Origin: Antedon mediterranea | Lineage: Eukaryota; Animalia; Echinodermata | DNA length: 64,000 bases | Assembly: GCF_964355755.1 (NCBI RefSeq) | Contig: NC_092674.1 | Span: 22,816,001 to 22,880,000, forward strand | Reading direction: 5' to 3' | Position numbers and translations under genes: made by a program | Notes under the pieces: model-generated | What the model was told of the DNA's origin: nothing | Databases searched by the model: none | What the model saw: the letters and a program-made list of their open reading frames with translations, nothing else | In this document: positions 1 to 14,235 of the stretch, piece after piece | How positions within the stretch are numbered: position 1 is the first letter of the stretch | How the letters are laid out: the number at the start of each line of letters is the position of its first letter

Positions 1-2677
1 TGGATTTTGTGTGTATACTTTTATGTCACAAGGGAGTTCCTAAAGTATTTTCAACCGCTCGGAAACATACGTGAGAGGAGTTCGTGACAATGATAAACAA
101 ATATTGAAACATTTTATTTGTAGTAATCTTCTATAAGCTTAGGTGGCAAAAAGATGTTCACATTTGACAGATATTTTGGATATTTTAAAGAGCTATATTT
201 GTAGAACTTTTAGCGCGAACCCTTTTACTCACTACTTTATACTTGCTGTACTGACAGTAAAAACTCTAAAGCCTCGACTTATAGCTTAGAATTATATATT
301 TACGACTTTTAGCGTTCTATTATTCTTTTACAATTATTCTTCTAGTAGGCTAAGAGGATGTTTTATGGTGATCTATAAAACTATAATTTGTTCACAATTT
401 CAATGAAATAAGAAATGTTATTACTAATATGATATAGTTTCGAATTATTTTTATTAGGATATCTGTATACATCTCGTCAAAAATATAACTTTAAGAGTTC
501 ATAATGTACTATGTTGAAACTAGAATCACTCAAAAAGTGACGTCATACTGTACGGTAACCAATATATATTTTTACTAAGGTCAAATAATCTAGGCTTATA
601 TTACTTTCGTAAATTGTTAATAAGATGGATTCATTTTTACGACTCAACAGCTTGCTATGTCGGCCGGTTGATTGGTTGATTGTTTGGTTGGTTTGGTTGG
701 TCGGTTGGTCGGTCGGTCGGTAAACACTAACTCAAATTTGCGCACGCGCGTGCAGCCATGTATATGGCCTTGTTGTTAATTATGTTAACTTAAACAGCCA
801 ATGTCTATGATGCCTATTTAATATTAGCTTACAACATATCTAAATAATTATATTGCTTTCCTCTTCTTTCAGACAGACTTCTGTGCAGTGCCACGCAATA
901 GGCCGGTGAATAATGCGACTAAAAAACATAGTGTTGCTAAGTAAATGCACCGTCTCTGCTCTGCTAAATGCAACTTTGCCTCTCTGAACAAAACAAATCA
1001 GCTTAAGAACATTATTATGTGTAGGCCTTTAACGCAAAGAAAAGGATGACTTCTCTGTCAATGGTCTTTTAAAGAATACATGACATAAAAAGTTAATCTT
1101 TTAAAGTGCAATAGTATATTTATTTTACAATCTTAATTGTGCTGCAAAAATCACTAGTTACAAGTTATAAGAAAACATACAGAGAATTCGTCACTACGCA
1201 ATACTTTATAATGCGCACTATTTACTTATAAGGTTAACATTGCGGCTACCAGTACAAACCATACTTTAATGACTATTGATTATCGATGGTTTGTATTCAA
1301 CTAGGTCGTCGCGTAATTAGCTTATAAATTTTAGCAAATATCATTCCTTCTTTCTTGCACTACATAAAATGGGTTTTAAAATGAAATATTCTGTTTTATA
1401 ACTGCTATAAATTTCTTTAATAACGACGTAACATGAATTGATATATACGCTATAAATTGTTCTACTCAGACTTATAATATATACAAATTCGATCCTTTGT
1501 ACTGTATAGACTATAATAAATAACATATAATAGATGTTTGCCACAAGTGATTGTGTACCGTATCTCATGCGACAATACACACAGAATGTATATGAAATAT
1601 ACAAATGCCATATTGCTTGTATCCAAGATGCTGCACTCTCACATTCGGATAGAACGTAAAGTCATTGGTTCCGTGTACATACAATTATCTTTCTTTCTTT
1701 CTTTATCTTTTTATTTCGGAATATCATGGTGACATAATATTATATCCATAGCAAAAGAGAGAGAAAAAAAATCTTAATCTAACAGCTCATAGAACAAAAA
1801 CAAAGATATGTAAATATATAAAAAATTATAAAAATGTGCACGATAATGAATTTGTTTTCCTGACATAGTGTAACATAATCAACTTTTTTTCAATTCAACA
1901 GTAAATGTTATTCTTCATACATATTTCTAATTTCTCCCCATGTCAAAAGCTAAATTCATACGTACTTTATGACGCATTCTCGGACTTTCCTTATTCGGAA
2001 CGACGGGTATTGATCTTACGCCATACTTTATGTATTATGCATTACATCATTCATTAGTAGGGATTTTACGAAACAGGACGGTTAGGGGAGGACACGACGG
2101 ACATCCTTTGTTCGCAAGAGCGTCAAATCATATACAGTCAACAACAGTCCGTTTTGTTAGTTACGCACCCTGCGACCGGCAGTATCTCTCTCCCTTCCCT
2201 GTCTCACGGCACGGTGTCCTTCTGAATCGCTTGGCTCTGGTGATACAGTCTTCCTAGCTAGGGGCCTTGCATTCAAACGCCGAGCAAAATGTATTGCTTT
2301 AACACAACCATTTTAACCCAATAACAATGTCATTTCATTAAAAAATTAAATTAGAAGTTAAAATGTTTATTTAGAGTTTCGAAAATTCCACCTTTAAGTT
2401 TCTCCATTATTTAACAACACGTCTGCCTCTTCCATTTCGTGAAACGGAACAAGTGTGAATATAGCTTTATCCATAAAACGTGAAAAGGCAATTGCCGAAA
2501 CTGTAAATTTCCCACAGAAATAATGCTGACAATCAATATATACAGGTGAAAAGAAACAATTAGAAAATGCTGCAGTATTCATAATAACGAGATCAACAAA
2601 GGTAAATCTAAAATTACTTTTCTGAAGATAACTATTTGTAATAATTTACGATTCGAAAATACTTTCCGGCTAGAAAG

Positions 2678-5600
2678 TCAAGGAGTACTTTCCACTTCGA
2701 AACGAACAGCTTGCGAGTTTTCAACAGTAGCATTTGTTGTCAAATGACAGCCTTGCTTGTCGAGTTTAAACCCCAAACATCCATCCTCGTGTAGGCACTT
2801 TATTCCACATCTTATGCAGCTTCGTTCAATGTTTAAAAGGTTTATATCTGACTGACATCCACTGGTATGCTTGTACGGCTTGTAATAGGCACAGGATCCA
2901 CCTATAATAATTTTCAAAAAACACTTTATAAAACATTTTGAATTTTGGACACGTGCTATATTTGAAAATGTGTGTAGTTGATCGCTTTCTTGTAGATGCT
3001 TTAATTTTAGAATGTATTTTTTTTTTCTGAGCTCTGTTCTGGATTGACCTACTAGCATAGTTTAAAACAATATTTTTGTTTGCGTTTTCTACACTGCATT
3101 AATTAGTAGGGGAAGTACCCCGGTGGAAGAGAAGGGGGTTACCATTCAGACCTGCCGTTGTAGGCAGACGAATAAGGTTTATCGCAAATAGCTTGCACAA
3201 TGCATGATGGGAAGGGTTTGGGAGCAAACGTCACGACGCGTACGTACAAACAACAAATCACGTACGTACGCGTTGTGACGTTTGCTCCCAAATCCTTCCT
3301 ACCATACATCGCACACGCTATTTGCGATAAACCTTATGAGCGCCGTAACTCCATTATGCAGTTACATCTGCCGAATACTGCTGTGAGATACAGTATATTC
3401 ATTCGATATTCTGATACCGACCGATACTCCCACGTACTTCCATCCTAACTTTCTCCCTCATGTCTAGAACCACCCTGGATAATCTTACCAATAAAATTAA
3501 ATAAAAAGAAACTTGCATTTAATTTGTTCCTGGTCTTCATTTACTGACCCGCTGTTTGAGTTTCCTGTATCAACTTTACAAAAAAAATGTAAGACATTTG
3601 AATGACATAATTAAAGGTTACATTAGTAGATTTTGTTCAAATGCATTGTAAAGAAATTCTATGTTGCCAGACTACATTATTCAGCTCCATGGATTTATTT
3701 TGTATAGTTAAATTAAATCTATCATAATAGAATTGAATGTTTATAAAAATTATTTTCAAAAGTTATTTTCCAGAGACTCTAAACCGGCCAAAACGATAAT
3801 AATATATACTATAAATTGCAAAGTACAAGTGGTGCAGGCAGATCCATATAATAACATAGTTGTGATGGTGCAGGGCCCTCATAAAGAAACAAACCATTGG
3901 ATAGCAAAAGACAACCCATGTAATATGCAGTGTACAATTGTCGCCAGCAATTATTTGATTTCACACGCACAGAGCGAACAGCGTAAACTTGCCTAAGTAG
4001 TCCGATGATTTGTAGACAAACCATGGCCTTTCGGATCTGACAAGCAATGAAGTACGAAGGGAGGTAAAATCGTTGTCAAGAAAATGAATATCTGCTACGC
4101 ATCAATAACACTTTCCTGTCACTCATGCCGGTTTATTTAGCACGTACCTATTTCGATTATCAAACGATCTTGCTCAGAAGTAGTTGTCACTGGATCAACT
4201 ATACCAAGATGATTGCCATTTACGTCGTATTTGCTAATGCCGTAGTCGAAATCTCTCACATAAATATGCTGAGCAAGTGGGTTAAATGATACGTCGTTAG
4301 CTCCACTGTAATTTTCAAGAATCAACATGCTGTCAGTGCCGTCATAGCGAATTGATCTGATTTGTTGGTCCACCAAAACGACCCAATATATTTTCAAATC
4401 TATATAGTAAATGCATGAGAAATGTTTACTTAATTTACTTTATTTATAGTCTAGGGCACAAATCTGAAATAAGGCCAAGAAACATAGCCAGATATCCTAA
4501 TCAATCCCTTCTGATCACTCTAGGCCCTGTTGACACTTAAAGTTTTGATGCCTAATTTCAAAATGGCCGCCAATTTAAATAAAATGAGCATAAAATCAGA
4601 TCTAAATAAGATAGATGCACGAACTTTGTGTCTAAACACATGTACTTCAGACAAGGAATCCATTCGGCCCTGTTAACACTTCAGTTATTACTAAACTTAA
4701 ACAATTATTTTATTACTAAAACACTATAATGACATGACATAACTCCTGTGGTTACTACCGATATAATTAAATACAAATATGTTTACACATGGAATAATAT
4801 CAACGAAAGTATTCCTTCTTAGAGAAAAATGGATAATTTGGTATAGTCCGAAACATCTGAAACAGACGGTTATGTAAACAACCGTTTTTTCATTGCGTCT
4901 ATCTCCGGATTAAGCATAATTTGCTTCTAGATTAATTTAATTTTTTTGGGTGAACAATACCCTACCTAAACTTTGTTTCTGATTAGTTTTATTATATATT
5001 ATTATAATTTATGATAAATTATTACTTGTTGTATCGATTGTCAAGCTGTCGCAGCTGGTTTGTGTAACTTGTATTCGTTCCATAAGTGCTTTTGACAAAA
5101 TGTATTTGATGTTGCGTTTGTATTCGCAGTACACAACGTATCTAGAGAAACATTGACATGTCGTAAATGTTGTCAACACCATAACATTACACCAATATGA
5201 ATGTATATTGGTATGGCAAATCCTTTGTTGTTTGTTTTTTTGGTATAGTTGTTCTTTCTTCCGTCCTTGCTGGTACTATTTGGTTATTTCTGTAGGCCTA
5301 CAGTATGTGTGGATGTTCCCCAGTTGGAATCGCTTAAATAAAATCGTGATTTAGAGTTCTACTCTAAACTAAAACACCATCTTGTTTAAAATATTACAAA
5401 TCGGAAGAAAATAAATTTAAAATAGCTACCAAGATAAGATTTAAGAGCTTAGTTATGTTATTTAAATAGAAGAGCGGTCCATAATAAGCCTCTTAACGAA
5501 CACATTGCAACTGCACCAATCTATATATAAATTTACGTAAGGGCAAAATTCGGTAAATCGCGCCTTACTTTTAGAATTTTTACTCGATGGTATGTAAAGT

Positions 5601-8600
5601 TGGTTCGTACTTTCGGTACTGATTTTAACCACCTGATGTAACCCTGTTTACTAATTAAATTAAGTTAGATAATTAGTTATTGACGATTAAAACGAATTTA
5701 GGTTCAAAGATTTGCCCCAAATAGGGGTGTTTTCCGATCGTGGTATACACTGTCTAATGGATGTCCATCTTGAAAAATACCCGCCACAAAAATGCGAGGA
5801 GGCTTCGCATTTTCCTATCTCCTCCTACGATAATTGTTTTTAATAGCTGAAAACCGGTTGAGCAGCTCGAGTACAGTATCATAATGTTGAAGACAGGCCG
5901 ATTTTCTTTAAAAAAATACTATTTTGATAGATTTAATATACGTTTATACAAATGTATTGATTTGCGAAGAATGGAACATTCCAATCTCTGTGTCGTTCCA
6001 CAAGTTTCTATTCCCTCAGGCGTCGTAAAGGAAAGTACTGTATACTCATAACAGAAATTCGATCCATTTTTTTTTCAATCTGTGCTGCAGAGGTTGGATA
6101 TAATTTTTTTTAAACGGATAATGAGCTAGCGTTTTCAGTCGCAGTATATTTATGTACAAATCTTTATTATTGCAGTTAAACCACCCACATCATCACCCTT
6201 CCCTCACTGGCATGAGTAGCGTTGTAAAGCCAGTAGAGGATAGGCCTACAGTGCATCACATGCCCTAAACGCAGAACAACTTTGGTGGGTAGGGTAGGAA
6301 CCAACTTAAGTATGAATTAGCTCTAAGAAACAATTGAAAACCATTAGGCCTACTAATTAAGTTGAGTTAGATAATTTAATATTTATTGAAGATTAAATCG
6401 AATTTATGATTTGCCTCGAATAGAGGTGGTTTTCACAAATTGTTATACATTATATAAACATATACACGTCGTAGTGATGTGTCGTTATACACGTACTGTA
6501 CTTTTCAATCGACTAGGACGGTGATAGTTTAAAAAAAGTATTACATCGCAATGTTTTACTGTGTTTAGTGGTATATTATTTGTAAAACATGAAAACAATT
6601 AATATTTCGTTACTAAATAAATAAAGAATAAATAGATAAAGAATATATTTAAAAACTGTTCCTCTTTGCACCATCCTCTTCCCCATCCCTCAACCCTAAT
6701 TTTACATATAAAACACAAATTAAGTTTGTTTAAATTTGACTTAAACAATTGGTCTCATTTTGTGACAAGTTTCTTTTTCGGAAGTAATTCCCAGGGTGCT
6801 AATTTTAGTTGAGTACATAAATCACAGTGTCTATTTATTCGTTCCTGTAAACGACATGTATTATTGTCCTGCGGTACGTAGGCCTACATTTGAAATCGCC
6901 AGTTTTTTAACGCTGACATTATTAGTATTCGAGAACCATCTGTGGGCACGACCTAGATGGTACGCGAGCGAAGCGAGCGTACCATCTAGTCTGTATAATT
7001 TGTTAAACTGTATAATTAAACATTACCCATTGTTGTAATCCACCTGTACATCTATAATTATAGCAATCTCACTGAACAATGTCATATCGGTCTGTGTATC
7101 CATGTCATATACGTTCATACCGTTAAAAGCGTCACCGTAGTAAATTTTCCTTTCATGAGGACTTATGTCGATTCCTCTTATAGCTAAAAAGGATGGTAAA
7201 AGCATGAAGGAAATAGTATAATATTCTATTTTGTTTATGATGAATAAAAGACCATTACATTTAAAAAAAATACTAGTATTGCAATTGTGTCACTACTGAC
7301 AACATACAACAAAAATTACTGTTTTAACAAAATGTAAAAATGATGCAAAATGCAAAATAATGTATTTGAAGACGAGAAATTAATTTTCTCTTTCTGGGAA
7401 CGAATAAAGATTATACTTGATACTTGATACTTGAAAATGTATTTAGGTAATATTATTTCTGAAGTATGAATTGGTAATGAAAAAAGTAAATTACACATTC
7501 AGTTCTTCCACTCTTTTAAACCGCCAAATCTCTTGATAAGTAGCCTATACTAAACCAATTACGCACGCCTTTCTTCATCCATACTTTATATAATCTTGGA
7601 TCACAGTTATATTATACTCTTTTTTTGCAACAGTTTAAAAAGATTTGTTTCTGATTGCACTTTGCTGCTTTCTATTTATAGGAGATAGTTCACCTTCCTA
7701 TATAGAGAGAAAAAAACTAATAGAACATCAGCAAACTTACCTTTATTGAGAACAGTTTCTTCATTGAGATCTACTAACGATACTCTTTTTAATGCACTAT
7801 TGTCGGCCCAGTAAATCATATCATTGCTGGCATCAAATGCTATTTCGTATACATAAGCTATAGTTATCGGTAGTTGTTTCAAAGTACCGACTGTGTCCTC
7901 GGAAATATCCCCATCCATGTCGGTATAGGTATAACTTATTGATCGACCAGCTATAGACGTTACAATGATAACACTTTCTGTCAGTATAAGAATAATTTTA
8001 TTATTACTTGTCTAAAATAGGAAATTCACTTTAGCTTTAACTTTTTTTGTTGTGAATAAAACGTCCGTTAAGTTAAGCTCTGTCTACACTACTAAACTTG
8101 TAACAGCAAAATGTTATGTACCCATATATACACGACAACGTCATCACATGTTAGGGTACATCACACTCTTTTAGTTTGGTAGTGTAGACAAGGCATTAGA
8201 CTAGAATTAATTCAAATCTATTTCCTAAAATTACTTTGTATTTTGACCGCACTAAGAAAAAGCGTGCTGAAAGATTTAAACTCCAAAAAACATTTTTTTT
8301 AATTGCTTCTCTTTCAAAGTAGAGAACTGGAAATAAGCAATCCGAAGATACCAGCTAGTTCGGTTTACGATACCGAAAAAAGACATCGAAAAGATGTAAC
8401 AACAAAATAAAATGCATATACTACTCGATGGGGTTGGTAATAAAAGAGAAATCCTCATATAATTGTTTTATTTCAGAAAGATATCTCAAAGATTTGCCGA
8501 CGTATCGGTTGGTTTATGAAATGTGCATATACCTTCACAGATGTATTAAAATGTTGCAGTAGGCACGCGAGACATGCATCATCGATTTTCTTTTTAGTTA

Positions 8601-11007
8601 TTGCATTAATAAAAATCTATCTTTTCATATGCTTCGTGCTAACAACGTATTTTTCTTTCCAGTTCATTTTTAATAGTATGATCAATATTATGACATTCAA
8701 AATTATCAATTTATGTTTACCTAATTACTTATTATTTTATTCACAGGTCACACTTTACACGTGTATATATCAGTATAGCGATAGTTTGTTAATACTTCAT
8801 ATTGGGCTATTCTGCCTTGAATTACGAAAAGGCGTTATCTCAATTTTTGGTCAAAACCACCCTACTACCAAACTTTTTTTACTTGTTTAAATTTACCCAA
8901 ATTATATTTTTTAATATTAGTACTTTAAATGATATGCCTATGCTATTTAAAAAATATACTGTACAAATATGCCGAAAAGTTCTGTGCAGTCGTGCCTTGA
9001 ATGTTTTGATATTGAACACTGTGTAATGGATGTTCATCTTGAAAAATACCCGCACACAATAATACGCGGATACTTCGCATTTACATATATCCTTCTACGA
9101 TAATTGTTTTAATAGCTGAAAACCGATTTAACAGCTCGAGTTCAGCATCATAATGTTGAAAACAGGCCGATTTTCCTTAAAAAATATTATTTTGATAGAT
9201 TTAATATACGTTTATACAAATGTATTGATTTTCGATTAATGGAACATTCCAATCTCCCAGTTTCCCAAGGCAATCTAACATGTTGAGTGCAACAAATTGG
9301 AAACAGATGTTTTTGTTTTTTAAATGGTCAGATGTGATAAGAGATCAAAATTTGATCATAATACTTTTGTCACTCATCCCGATGATATGCAAATTAGCCT
9401 AAATATGCAAATTAGGGTGAAATTACAATAATTATCAAAATATCTTTAAAACTCCTAGACAGAGAGAGTTGATTATTTCACCAATTTATTCAGAATGTAT
9501 ATATTTATATTTGCTCTAATGAAACATTTTACGAAAAAAATGATAAATGGAACAATCCAATCTCTCATCTCTCAAGTATTTAGTTACTGAGAGGATAAAA
9601 GAATATATTTAAAAATTGTTCCTCTTTTCACCCATCCTCTTCCCCATCCTTCACAAAACACAAGTTGGGTTTGACTCATTTTGGAAGTAATTCCCGGGTG
9701 CTAATTTTAGTTGACTACATACGAATCACCGTGTATATTTACTTTTTAATGTAAACATGTATTTTATTGTCTTGTGGTACGTACATTTGAAATTGCTTTT
9801 TTTTTTTCGCTGAATTTACTATGTGTATTCGAGAACCATCTCTGGGCACGATCTAGATGGTACGCGAGCGTAGTCAATGAAATATAATAATATAATAAAC
9901 CTAAATGTATTTATTTATTTTTACATCAAATGTGTACAACGTGTACAATCAATACGTCGAGAGGATTATTGATTATCAAAAATGTGTATCTCAGGATATC
10001 ACGTAATTCGTCACGAACATTTCACATTAAATTAAGTAAACATGAGTTTAAATTCAATTAATTTATTTATAACTTTAATAAATATTTGTTTACATGTTAA
10101 TCATGAATTTTGTTATAATAACATGAGTTGATGGTACAATACACAATAACGTTTAGAAAGTTCTCCTTACTATCTCTAGCAAAATGATTATTTCTAGAAA
10201 TTGAAAAGAGTAAATGGGTTCCTGCGAGTAGATCTTATAACATAACGTATAGTTTTGATGACGCAAGGCCCTCTTAAAAGACTATTATTTTTAGACCCAC
10301 CTGCTAGTGTTAAAAGATAAGACAGTCTTAAAGTAACAAGTAAACAGAAATTGCATTTTCTCGAGAACTATTTGTCCCAAATACTTCATTTATCTACAAG
10401 AAGCAAGAGTTATTGGGCTATTCTTCGAAAAGATGTTATCTCAATTTTCGGTCGTAGGCCTTCGGTCGTCAAAAGCACCCTACTACCAAACTGTTGTTAC
10501 TTGTTTTAATTTACCCAAATTATTTTTTAATATTAGTACTTTAAATGATATGCCTATGCTATTTTTAAAATATACCGAAAAATTTTATGCAGTCGTGCCT
10601 TGGATATTTTGATATTTGACCCACAACCGTCCAATCAAATGACAGGAATTTATTTAGGTGTTTCATAATATTGTATATTATTTAAATATCGTGTATTTGT
10701 ACATTTGTTTACGAACTGACGTACTGTGGGTCTTTTTCAAAATGGCTGAACAGGATAGACTAATACCCTTACCAAGCTTGCATTTTATTATATTGGAAAA
10801 TCCTCACCCGTTCGTAGGTCATGCATCAGTTTTGAGAGCGTTTTCGGGGTTTTAATTCATTGGCAAATTCAAACCCCTTTTTAAAAATCGATTTTCTAGC
10901 CCATAGAATATAAGAAAAATTTAAAAATAGTGGAAAATATACTCACTTGAGTTTGCGGTTCTGCAAAATAAAACCAGATAATACACAAACATTCTGAAAT
11001 AACTCAT
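2678..11007 (-). CDS. Paralogue A: secreted YWTD-type beta-propeller + PAN/apple-like domain protein, 6 exons, 348 aa
   Basis: Exons 10947-11007 (MSYFRMFVYYLVLFCRTANS, signal-peptide-like), 7741-7977, 7027-7183, 5026-5141, 4148-4399, 2678-2901. All introns are GT-AG with compatible phases (1,1,2,1,1); total 1047 nt, no internal stop. Blade motifs IYWAD, IYYGD, VVYCE, IYWV, IYVRD. Last exon has C-x3-C-x5-C-x-GF...C-x-L as in PAN domains. Confidence 0.88.
3172..3337. mobile_element. Palindromic fold-back MITE in intron 5 of gene A
   Basis: ataaggtttatcgcaaatagc...gctatttgcgataaaccttat; ~75-bp arms pair almost to the centre. Confidence 0.75.
5520..6989 (+). mobile_element. Non-autonomous Helitron, complete copy in intron 3 of gene A
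   Basis: A|TC 5' end at 5520 and CTAG|T 3' end at 6989 (AT target, no TSD). Terminal hairpin ctagatggtacgc-N11-gcgtaccatctag. The 5' ~470 bp recurs at 11093 and 14236. Confidence 0.8.
9025..9872 (+). mobile_element. 5'-truncated copy of the same Helitron family
   Basis: Matches 5755-5990 and 6630-6970; ends at ...ctagatggtacgcgagcgtag with half of the hairpin. Confidence 0.6.
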
Positions 11008-11092
11008 TTTTAACAATTTGATGTTCATTCTGTTCTGCTTTGCGCTCTTTGGTCGAATGCAAATTGAAATGGCATACGTTCAAATTGTATTA

Positions 11093-11640
11093 TCTATATA
11101 TAAATTTACGTAAGGGCAAAATTCGGTAAATCACGCGTTACTTCTAGAATGTTTACTCGATGGTATATACAGTTGGTTCGTAATTTCGTTAATGATTTTA
11201 ACCACCTGATGTAACCCTGTTTACTAATTAAACTGAGTTAGATAATTAGTTATTGACAATTAAAACGAATCTAGGTTCAACGATTTGCCCCAAATAGGGG
11301 TGTTTCCCGATCGTGGTATACACTGTCTAATGGATGTCCATCTTGAAAAATACCCTCTCACAATAATACGAGGATGCTTCGCATTTATCTATCTCCTTCC
11401 ACGATAATTGTTTTTTTATAGCTGAAAACAGATTGAACAGCTCGAGTTGATGATCATCATGATGTTGAAGACAGGTCGATTTTTTTTTTAAATACTATTT
11501 TGATAGATTTGATATACGTTTATACAAATGTATTGATTTGCGATGAATGGAACATTCCAATCTCTCAGTCTCTCAGTTAGGCTAGACAATCTAACATGTT
11601 GAGTGCAACAAATTGCAAACAGAGATTTTTGTTTTTTAAT
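11093..11640 (+). mobile_element. Helitron 5' portion, ~85 bp upstream of the gene A start codon
   Basis: A|TCTATATATAAATTTACGTAAGGGC start; near-identical to 5520-5990. Confidence 0.7.
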
Positions 11641-12044
11641 GTCAAATAATAGCTAATTAATGACTAATTATTACACGCACTTAATATTTAATAGTGTAAG
11701 TTTGTTCCACACATAAAACAGCATTTAATTCCAAAAATTGTAATACAATTATATTGGAAAGTTAGATTTTTATTGGTAATTGAGATTTATATTATTTGGA
11801 CTAAATATTACTGTAAAAACAGCATTCACAAACTATCGCGGAAAAATACTTAATCATTTGCAATTTTGTTCAAATTTGGTACAAGCATTTTATATGTATT
11901 TATTCATTTTTGGTAGAAAAATTGGGCATTTTACTAAGATTTTAGATTGTTTTTTCTTCATTTAATAATCTTGTTTCTCATTGCTATTATATTTGTTTAC
12001 TAGGCCTAGTACATATCCAAATGAACTCAGTGCATGATCATTAA

Positions 12045-12200
12045 AGATGTATTGTCTCTTCGACTAATTCCAAAAAAAATTGTAAACAAATATTTTGAAA
12101 AAAAGTGGGTCATTTTGAAGTATCATAATAGTTATTAACTTTCACCAAAAATTTGAATATTTTGACATTTATTTTTTGTGTTTCAAGGGACAATACATCT
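12045..12200. mobile_element. TTAA-targeting MITE (Kolobok-like); relative at 50758-51073, single ends at ~32778 and ~39256
   Basis: TTAA|agatgtattgtc...gacaatacatct|TTAA; AG...CT termini. Confidence 0.65.
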
Positions 12201-13639
12201 TTAATAATAGGTGAAGGCAAATCTTACAACTTGAAGTGACAGTTATACACAAACTTTTTTTTAATGGAGCCAGAGTATTATTCTTTAAAATAATAAAATA
12301 TGTTACTATTATTAGGCCTAATGCCTTATTTTAAAATGTATTAAACTTAGTTGATTAAAATTGACCCTTTCAGGTGTAGCTACACATCAAAATGAACTAC
12401 TTAATATCCTTTTATTAATTACACATAAATACGGGTACATGGGAAGAGGATGTTATCAAAAACAGTAACATCCTACATGGCAAGTGCACCCGTAGCCAGT
12501 TTTTTTTTCTTTAAAAAGGGGCAAATGCAAGCAATCAACTGAAGAAAAAATATATTTAAGTCTACCTCTAGTAGATGAAAAAAATTTGTCTGCGGGCTAC
12601 GAGAATTGGCCATGATTCTCATGAGTTAGGCATTTACTAGCAATTTCGCTGATGGTCTCTGTGTGAAAAATTCACTTAAGAAAAAATGGGTTATTCGAAC
12701 CCATTTGTCGAAATAAATGTGAATATGAATGAATGAATATTCGAGTGGCCTTTATGATGATGTCACAAAATTTTTCATGAACTCAATTTCTTCATTTCAG
12801 CCTTTTAGTGGAATGAGTAACGACTAATAATGATTATTATAACCATTATTATTTCGCATAATATGTGCAACTTCCATCAATTGATACATGTGTATTATGA
12901 ACAAAGTGAACATTACTAAAAGTAGGCCTTTAATAATTATCTGTTGCATATTAATATACTCTCAAGAAACTAGGAAATTAGGAGTGTTGTATACATTTTA
13001 TTGCAATACCAGTATTAACCAATAGTAACAAGACGTGTAATGTATTGTACTGTTAAATAAAACAAAATATTAATTTGTACTATAAATATCTAAAATATCT
13101 TTGCAAAATACAAAATTATTTTATTAACAGTACTTTCTTTGTCACATACACTAAAATATCACATACAACTAAAATTATTTGATATTTATGTTTAAATGTT
13201 TATTTGATACTGCTTTTTCATAAGGAATATGTTTATGTGCTAAATTCTGTCTTGGACGGGTGATGGTCCTAACAGTGTCATTTCATCCTCAAACCCTATT
13301 TCTTCATATGTCTGTTTATGTATTCACACGATCCTGTATTTTATCCTGTAACAATAAATACAACTGTAATTACATGATCACCGAAACAACACACACAACA
13401 TAACATAAAATGATGAGTAAAAATGTTAATGTTAAACAAACCAACTATTTAATTGTGTAAAATAATATGCCATCTACAATGTTGTCGTTGCAACTAAATA
13501 AAACAGAAATGAATAACTACACATTAACACAAACAGTGGATAGGGGAAAATCTGGTTTTGTACTAGGCTGCTGTATTGTAGACTTACTTTTAATCTTTTT
13601 AATAAAAATATCCTCATCCTCACGATATTTCATATGGAC

Positions 13640-14125
13640 CAATACAGTAGCTTTAAAGATTGATTGAAAATAATTGTTAAACACCTCAGCCTTTTGTTAA
13701 GCATCTCAGCTTAAAAACAGAAGTACCTCCAAGATTTAATGCTGATGGTTGAGAGTCATTAGATTTATAAGATTTCCTTATCCAAGACCACAATTTGTTG
13801 TTGCTACTTTTCATTTCATTAGCAAGTGCTTGTAAGTAAGAGTAGTACTTGCTCCTACAAAGGTTTTTTGAAATTTGCAAGAGCAGTAATACAGAATCAG
13901 TAAGATACTTCTTCTTGAATTTAAGGATTTTTCTTTGGACTTAAGAAGAGCAAAAAGTTCAGCATCAAACAATGGAGGTAGCTTCCTACAGGATTTTTAC
14001 ATGGGAACAAGATCGCAAGCAGTAGCTGAAACAAACTCATAAAAAAGGTCAACAGAATCATCAACATTATTGCACAATTTCAAGAGATTCCATGGTATAT
14101 GATACAAATTATCATTTAAGTCAGC
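13640..14125 (-). mobile_element. Decayed CR1/Jockey-like LINE internal fragment (endonuclease-RT linker)
   Basis: Translates as IPWNLL...DDSVDLFYEFV...LVP*...PPLFD, KLWSWIR and AEVFNNYFQSIF, with stops and frameshifts. Confidence 0.55.
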
Positions 14126-14235
14126 ATTATTTAGTTTTTAAAAATTTTAAAAAATTTAAAATTATCAACATCACGTATGCTATTACAATATGTATAAGTA
14201 CGGTTAAAGAAGAATGATGAGAATTAAAAATGTCA

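Noticed and set aside
1341-2582. Short ORFs at the window start and similar AT-rich 60-125 aa ORFs elsewhere (e.g. 8516-8890, 45508-45854)
   Set aside because: Low-complexity I/L/F/Y-rich translations, many with non-ATG starts, no motifs and no splice-consistent partners.
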